Shown here: positions 35,521-39,005 of the stretch, one piece after another
Layout of the letters: each line of letters opens with the position of its first letter
Numbering within the stretch: the stretch's first letter is position 1
From: an uncultured Candidatus Saccharibacteria bacterium
GTDB lineage: Bacteria > Patescibacteriota > Minisyncoccia > Phycocordibacterales > UBA9973
Direction of reading: 5' to 3'
Length of the DNA stretch: 39,005 nucleotides
Assembly: GCA_964357795.1 (NCBI GenBank)
Contig: CAYHMN010000001.1
Span: 1-39,005, forward strand
Notes under the pieces: model-generated
The model's database searches: none
Told to the model about the DNA's origin: nothing
What the model saw: only the letters and a program-made list of their open reading frames with translations
Made by a program: the position numbers and the translations under genes

Positions 35521-35901
35521 TTAAATAATTGACCATCCATTTTCTTTCATTTTTTCTTTTATAAATGGAATGTATTTTTTACCTACTCTCTGTTCCTTTA
35601 TTACCCATAAGAAAGTAATTTCTTCTAATATACCTTCATAAAAAATATTTTTTACAACCCCTTGGAAAAGGAGTCCTGATGCTACAGAATATGTCTTGTA
35701 TAAAGGTAGTATTTCTGTTATTTTTGATTCCTTGTAAAAAATCAAGTATTTACCATCAGTTAATCTATATACAAAATATATAAATTTTTTCCTTTTTTCA
35801 TCTAATTGAGGTTTAAGAGCTTCTGTTCCATCTGGATGAAGCATGCCGAATGTAATAAGAAGAAGTACTCGTTTGAAAGGCTTGATAACTATTTTTTTCA
35901 C
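35521..35901 (-). CDS. Hypothetical protein (GTG start in track; ATG alternative at Met20)
   Basis: 126-aa ORF followed by a GC-rich terminator (35464-35493). No recognisable motif. Confidence 0.5.
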   Translation of the reverse strand: MKKIVIKPFKRVLLLITFGMLHPDGTEALKPQLDEKRKKFIYFVYRLTDGKYLIFYKESKITEILPLYKTYSVASGLLFQGVVKNIFYEGILEEITFLWVIKEQRVGKKYIPFIKEKMKENGWSII

Positions 35902-36042
35902 AGTTGTTGGTTTTTGGGGGTTAGAAAATTGTTTAATGAGCTAAAAGTTGTTGACTGATATATTAGCATAAACGTCTATTAAAGCAATAGAGTATACTTT
36001 ACTTGGTTATATTAAAATCCTCCCGTTAGGAAGGATTTTTTA

Positions 36043-36297
36043 TTAGGCATCTTTTGCCCCAATGTTTTCAACTAATTCATCTTGTTGCTTCTCTTTTAAA
36101 ATTTCTCGCCTTGCTACAACTTTGCCAATAATGTAAAACGCTAATGATAAAACAAAAAATATTGTAGCTACACTCAAAGCAGGTATCGCATTTTCACCAT
36201 TAAAATATAGATAAGCAAAGAAATAACAAAAGAAAATGAAGAAGCAGACAAAGAGACATTGTGCAACCAAGAAAAGGAAGGTTGATTTGATTCTCAT
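36043..36297 (-). CDS. Hypothetical small membrane protein
   Basis: 84 aa with 2 TM helices. Starts 2 nt after the stop of the upstream secreted-protein gene. Confidence 0.5.
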   Translation of the reverse strand: MRIKSTFLFLVAQCLFVCFFIFFCYFFAYLYFNGENAIPALSVATIFFVLSLAFYIIGKVVARREILKEKQQDELVENIGAKDA

Positions 36298-36299
36298 AG

Positions 36300-36665
36300 C
36301 TAAAATTTTATGTATTGAACATTCTGGTTTCTTTTATCTATGTTCTTTATATCCTCCGGATGCACATATACATATTTAATTATATGTTCATTTGAATCCG
36401 AGTCACAAATCTTTTTTACCAGCTTGCTATCTTTTGGACCATTAAGATTACGAATATAACCTTGCTCGGTGAATTCAATCCCATCTATAAAGCAACGCCT
36501 TACTGTTCTCCTAGTTTTAATAGCAAACTCAACCGAATTTTGAAATTGAGTTTGTGAAAACCAATACTTCATGTCTGGAGCCAGATTATTGGGCAGGTCA
36601 TTTTGAGCATTTACAAAAGTAAAAGAAAAAAATACAGCTATTGCTGAGAATATGAGCTTTTTCAT
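36300..36665 (-). CDS. Small secreted hypothetical protein
   Basis: 121 aa. Signal peptide MKKLIFSAIAVFFSFTFVNAQ and two Cys in the mature part. Promoter at 36712-36739. Confidence 0.55.
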   Translation of the reverse strand: MKKLIFSAIAVFFSFTFVNAQNDLPNNLAPDMKYWFSQTQFQNSVEFAIKTRRTVRRCFIDGIEFTEQGYIRNLNGPKDSKLVKKICDSDSNEHIIKYVYVHPEDIKNIDKRNQNVQYIKF

Positions 36666-36711
36666 AATCGGAGTTTTTTGAGTTAAAATTTAAAATACCA
36701 GTATTAAAGTC

Positions 36712-36739
36712 ATAGTACCACTCAGCATTATGTAGTCAA
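36712..36739 (-). promoter_or_regulatory. Promoter of the 36665-36043 gene pair
   Basis: Minus strand reads TTGACT, 16-nt spacer, TACTAT. Confidence 0.45.
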
Positions 36740-36745
36740 TCCTAT

Positions 36746-36774
36746 TTGACATATTACAATTTTTGATGTAAAAT
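36746..36774 (+). promoter_or_regulatory. Promoter of the PAP2-like gene
   Basis: TTGACA (36746-36751), 17-nt spacer, TAAAAT (36769-36774). Confidence 0.6.
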
Positions 36775-36796
36775 AATGTAAACTAAAACAAAAATT

Positions 36797-37387
36797 ATGA
36801 AAAAGACTACTCAAAAGAATTGGGTAGTCTTGGCTACCCTATCAATATTCTATGGATTGTATTTGATTGTAAACCACTTGCCAATGGATAGGATAGAATT
36901 GCCATTCATGATATATGAAGAAGATATACCCTTCATCCCGTGGACAATTGCTATCTACCTTTCTTTATTCTTTCAAGCAGTACTTTTCATAAAGTACATA
37001 CCTGAGAAAATATTTTGGAGGGTTATGCTACTCGGATTTGTGATGCTCTTGATACATATTATCATCTTCTGTTTTTTCCCAGTAAAATATCCAAGGGGAA
37101 ACTATGAGAGTGATAACTTGATACTGGAGCTGTTCCGATATATTGATACTGCAGGCAACTGCCTTCCATCTTTGCATGTATCTTGCGCGATATTCTTCGC
37201 TAACTTATATGTAATATGGGAAAAATCAATGTGGCGGAAAGTAGTGATGTGTATATGGTCAGCATTGATAATCGTATCTGTGCTAACAGTAAAGCAACAC
37301 TATATCTGGGATATTCTCCTAAGTATAGTAATCACAAGGCTATTTATAATAATTCCCTTTGAAAGTAAACTACGACTTCGTCCATAA
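36797..37387 (+). CDS. PAP2-superfamily (PAP2_3-like) membrane phosphatase/phosphotransferase
   Basis: 196-aa multi-TM protein. LPSLHVSCA and KQHYIWDIL motifs correspond to the C2/C3 motifs of the PAP2_3-type family. Confidence 0.6.
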   Translation: MKKTTQKNWVVLATLSIFYGLYLIVNHLPMDRIELPFMIYEEDIPFIPWTIAIYLSLFFQAVLFIKYIPEKIFWRVMLLGFVMLLIHIIIFCFFPVKYPRGNYESDNLILELFRYIDTAGNCLPSLHVSCAIFFANLYVIWEKSMWRKVVMCIWSALIIVSVLTVKQHYIWDILLSIVITRLFIIIPFESKLRLRP

Positions 37388-37403
37388 CGAGGTCGTATTT
37401 TTT
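37372..37403 (+). terminator. Intrinsic terminator of the PAP2-like gene
   Basis: ACGACTTCG/CGAGGTCGT stem (one G-U pair) spanning the stop codon, followed by ATTTTTT. Confidence 0.7.
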
Positions 37404-37415
37404 ATTGTAAGAGTG

Positions 37416-37703
37416 TTAGGACAAACCTTGTTCACGAAGCCATATTGCTGCCGCATCATTGTCTATCCCCTTTATAGGAGGCAGCGCATCTTCTGATTTT
37501 ATACTACGTTTTTTAGTACTTAATTTTATAGCTCCTGGATCATCGGAAGAGTTATCTATCCTCTCACCTGTAACTGAACTATATTTCTCTCCAAATACAT
37601 CTTCATCTAAATCATGTAGTTCTTCTGTATGCACTATGGACATATTGAGAGATTTTTTCTCTAATTCCGCTCTTTTATTATTTGGATTAAATTTTTCTGA
37701 CAT
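37416..37703 (-). CDS. Acidic hypothetical protein (cassette C)
   Basis: 95 aa from ATG 37703; the track ORF extends upstream across the promoter and repeat. TATAAT lies 6 nt before the ATG. Sequence is low-complexity and acidic. Confidence 0.45.
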   Translation of the reverse strand: MSEKFNPNNKRAELEKKSLNMSIVHTEELHDLDEDVFGEKYSSVTGERIDNSSDDPGAIKLSTKKRSIKSEDALPPIKGIDNDAAAIWLREQGLS

Positions 37704-37709
37704 ATGTAT

Positions 37710-37738
37710 ATTATATTTAATAAAGGTGTAGTTTGCAA
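37710..37738 (-). promoter_or_regulatory. Promoter of cassette C (leaderless geometry)
   Basis: Minus strand reads TTGCAA, 17-nt spacer, TATAAT, then 6 nt and the ATG at 37703. Confidence 0.55.
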
Positions 37739-37747
37739 CGTAACCTT
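37733..37747 (-). repeat. Degraded third copy of the tRNA-3'-end plus -35 repeat
   Basis: Minus strand reads AAGGTTACGTTGCAA, compared with AGGGTCACAGATTGACAA in the two intact copies. It holds the same position relative to the 38-nt spacer. Confidence 0.4.
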
Positions 37748-37750
37748 TTG

Positions 37751-37788
37751 TATGCAGATCAAGAAATTCAAGATCTAAAAACAGAAAA
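37751..37788 (-). repeat. Conserved 38-nt inter-cassette spacer, copy 2
   Basis: 34 of 38 nt identical to 38281-38318. Contains AGATC...GATCT inverted ends around a CTTGA-ATTT-CTTGA direct repeat. Confidence 0.85.
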
Positions 37789-37817
37789 CTCACAGAAAAT
37801 TATGGTTTCCTGTGAGT
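37777..37817 (-). terminator. Terminator of cassette B
   Basis: Minus strand reads ACTCACAG/CTGTGAGT stem followed by TTTCTGTTTTT. Confidence 0.75.
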
Positions 37818-37821
37818 CATT

Positions 37822-38151
37822 TTAAATAGCTCTTCTCAAAAATACATAAAGGCATAAAGACCAGCACGCAACACTAAACAGACCTGAAATAATCAGAGCG
37901 CCGAGTGGTGCACCTAGCCCACTCATTATGCCAAGTAACATCCACCATACAGAGAAATTATATGGAAATCCAAACATGTAAAATACACCAATCCATGCTG
38001 GAATACTCAAAACCATAGGCAATTTTTTTATCTGCTCTTTTGATACTAAATCGGTGATAATTGCAGGTAATAGCAAACAAGCCGACAAAATAATACTAAG
38101 CAAGTAAATCCACTCCCATGAATATGCTGATGATTCCTGTAGATAGATCAT
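37822..38151 (-). CDS. Hypothetical membrane protein (cassette B)
   Basis: 109 aa from ATG 38151, preceded by a strong RBS AAGGAGGG 4 nt upstream. 3-4 TM helices. Has its own promoter and terminator. Confidence 0.55.
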   Translation of the reverse strand: MIYLQESSAYSWEWIYLLSIILSACLLLPAIITDLVSKEQIKKLPMVLSIPAWIGVFYMFGFPYNFSVWWMLLGIMSGLGAPLGALIISGLFSVACWSLCLYVFLRRAI

Positions 38152-38215
38152 ATTCCCTCCTTTTTTAAAAAGAATGATTTGCAAAATTGCAGAAAAAAAT
38201 CGTAATTAAAATTAG

Positions 38216-38242
38216 ATTATAACAATATTTAGTTTTTGTCAA
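38216..38242 (-). promoter_or_regulatory. Promoter of cassette B
   Basis: Minus strand reads TTGACA, then 15 nt, then the extended -10 TGTTATAAT. Confidence 0.55.
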
Positions 38243-38276
38243 TCTGTGACCCTTTGCGTACAGAATTGGAATTCTG
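38236..38276 (-). repeat. Decayed tRNA-Glu 3' half (T-arm-like hairpin plus exact 18-nt repeat)
   Basis: Minus strand reads CAGAATTCCAATTCTG-TACGCAA-AGGGTCACAGATTGACAA. The last 18 nt (38236-38253) are identical to 38922-38939. The hairpin aligns with the tRNA T arm. Confidence 0.7.
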
Positions 38277-38280
38277 TGTA

Positions 38281-38318
38281 TATGCAGATTAAGGAATTTA
38301 ACATCTAAAAACAGAAAA
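38281..38318 (-). repeat. Conserved 38-nt inter-cassette spacer, copy 1
   Basis: 34 of 38 nt identical to 37751-37788. Sits directly after the cassette A terminator. Confidence 0.85.
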
Positions 38319-38354
38319 TCCTACCAAAAGCAGAATATCTGCAGGTAGGATTTT
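38307..38354 (-). terminator. Terminator of cassette A
   Basis: Compound stem AAAATCCTACC/GGTAGGATTTT with inner GCAGA/TCTGC, followed on the minus strand by CTGTTTTT. Confidence 0.75.
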
Positions 38355-38372
38355 AATAAGATTTTTTCTTCA

Positions 38373-38786
38373 TTACTCTTCTAAAAAGTTGAAATTCACA
38401 AAGCAAGAAAGAAGATATGTACTTGTAACACAGAACAGATCCAGGATAAAAGATACTGAATTAAAAGGATATTTCTTTTGACTTGTAACTGGAATAATCT
38501 CCGCAAAAGCAATCACAATAATACAGCACAATAACAAGCGAAAGCCTGCGTTGTATTTTTTTGTTGCAAGTCGGGCAAGATAATTCAAGATCAACGTAAT
38601 AATCATAAATATAACCAGCATCGTACAGGTTGCTAGTCCAAAAATTATTACTTCTGAAGCAAAACTCATGGGTTTTTTACTCCATCCTCCCATTAGTATG
38701 TCAAATGCTATTGGAAGAATATATATTCCCAAAGCTATTGCCAAAATTAAATTGACAATTAAAAGCCATTTTTCTGTCTTTTTCAT
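38373..38786 (-). CDS. Hypothetical 4-TM membrane protein (cassette A)
   Basis: 137 aa. Consensus promoter at 38900-38928 immediately downstream of tRNA-Glu. Terminator at 38307-38354. Confidence 0.55.
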   Translation of the reverse strand: MKKTEKWLLIVNLILAIALGIYILPIAFDILMGGWSKKPMSFASEVIIFGLATCTMLVIFMIITLILNYLARLATKKYNAGFRLLLCCIIVIAFAEIIPVTSQKKYPFNSVSFILDLFCVTSTYLLSCFVNFNFLEE

Positions 38787-38899
38787 GTTGAGTAGTTTAA
38801 GTTAAAAGTTTAGTATTTTATTTTATTCACCTTTTAAAAAGTAAATAAAATAAAATACCAAACCAACTCAAAACCATTTCAAAGAACAGCCTTTTTTTT

Positions 38900-38928
38900 A
38901 ATATAGCATATTTATATGCTATTGTCAA
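38900..38928 (-). promoter_or_regulatory. Promoter of cassette A abutting the tRNA 3' end
   Basis: Minus strand reads TTGACA (starting 4 nt after the tRNA discriminator base), 17-nt spacer, TATATT. Confidence 0.6.
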
Positions 38929-38939
38929 TCTGTGACCCT
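38922..38939 (-). repeat. 18-nt repeat: last 7 nt of tRNA-Glu plus 11 nt of 3' flank
   Basis: Exact second copy at 38236-38253. Confidence 0.9.
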
Positions 38940-39004
38940 ACAGAGAATCGAACTCTGATTACCGCCTTGAGAAGGCGATGTCCTAACCGTTAGACGATAG
39001 GGCC
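38933..39004 (-). tRNA. tRNA-Glu (anticodon CUC), CCA not encoded
   Basis: The reverse complement GGCCCTATCGTCTAACGGTTAGGACATCGCCTTCTCAAGGCGGTAATCAGAGTTCGATTCTCTGTAGGGTCA folds by hand into a cloverleaf: 7-bp acceptor, 4-bp D stem, 5-bp anticodon stem with loop TTCTCAA, and T arm CAGAG/TTCGATT/CTCTG. Confidence 0.9.
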
Positions 39005-39005
39005 A

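Noticed and set aside
38290-38310. Resemblance of ATGTTAAAT in the 38-nt spacer to the XerD arm of dif sites
   Set aside because: Only one arm matches partially. The expected XerC arm and 6-nt central region are absent, and the second spacer copy reads ATCTTGAAT.
37733-38939. CRISPR array or integron attC sites as the explanation for the repeats near tRNA-Glu
   Set aside because: There are only 2-3 repeat copies, with 0.5-0.7 kb gene-containing intervals, so this is not a CRISPR array. There is no IntI gene. One GTTAAAT (GTTRRRY-like) string occurs in the first spacer only, without a paired inverse core on the same strand, and it is absent from the second spacer. That match is expected by chance in AT-rich DNA.

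Overview
AT-rich bacterial window using the standard genetic code (TGA is a real stop at 13149-13151 and 13839-13841). Small genes, many membrane-anchored hypotheticals and DUF5679-type micro-proteins suggest a small-genome uncultivated lineage, possibly CPR/Patescibacteria-like; this is inference only. All family calls come from motifs I recognise in the translations, since no searches could be run.

Layout:
- 1-7.1 kb: complete F1Fo ATP synthase operon (atpZ-like, atpBEFHAGDC).
- 7.2-10.6 kb: trhO, two stand-alone secreted or membrane genes, and an SPFH protein.
- 10.6-15.2 kb: a co-directional, tightly packed gene chain behind a promoter with a GAAC-N4-GTTC LexA box. It holds a small ORF, lexA, a PIF1-like helicase, MGMT, tspO, DUF167 and DUF1905.
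- 15.3-22 kb: stand-alone hypotheticals, micro-genes, engB and a TMEM175-like channel.
- 22.1-24 kb: divergent cspA and DEAD-box helicase.
- 24-25.4 kb: cluster of tiny Lys/Arg-rich ORFs, each unit with a consensus promoter and a terminator.
- 25.5-34.7 kb: mostly minus-strand housekeeping block (CAP-domain protein, rpmA, APH-like kinase, rplI, ctp, GHL10-like, rsmI, DoxX, prs, FAD oxidoreductase).
- 34.8-38.9 kb: visibly lower-GC accessory island of hypotheticals ending at tRNA-Glu(CUC).

Most interesting unannotated structure:
1. A head-to-tail chain of single-gene cassettes behind tRNA-Glu. Each is bounded by a copy of the tRNA 3' end plus a -35 box, and two carry a conserved 38-nt spacer.
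2. A complete antisense unit (promoter, small hydrophobic ORF, terminator) inside the atpD-atpC spacer.
3. Two architecturally similar long hairpins bracketing atpE.
4. A recurring extended -10 (TGnTATAAT) placed 5-7 nt before the ATG, implying leaderless mRNAs.
5. A family of strongly signalled tiny basic ORFs.
6. Bacteroidetes-style secreted proteins, including a cargo-less T9SS C-terminal sorting domain.

No CRISPR array, rRNA, transposase or integrase was seen.
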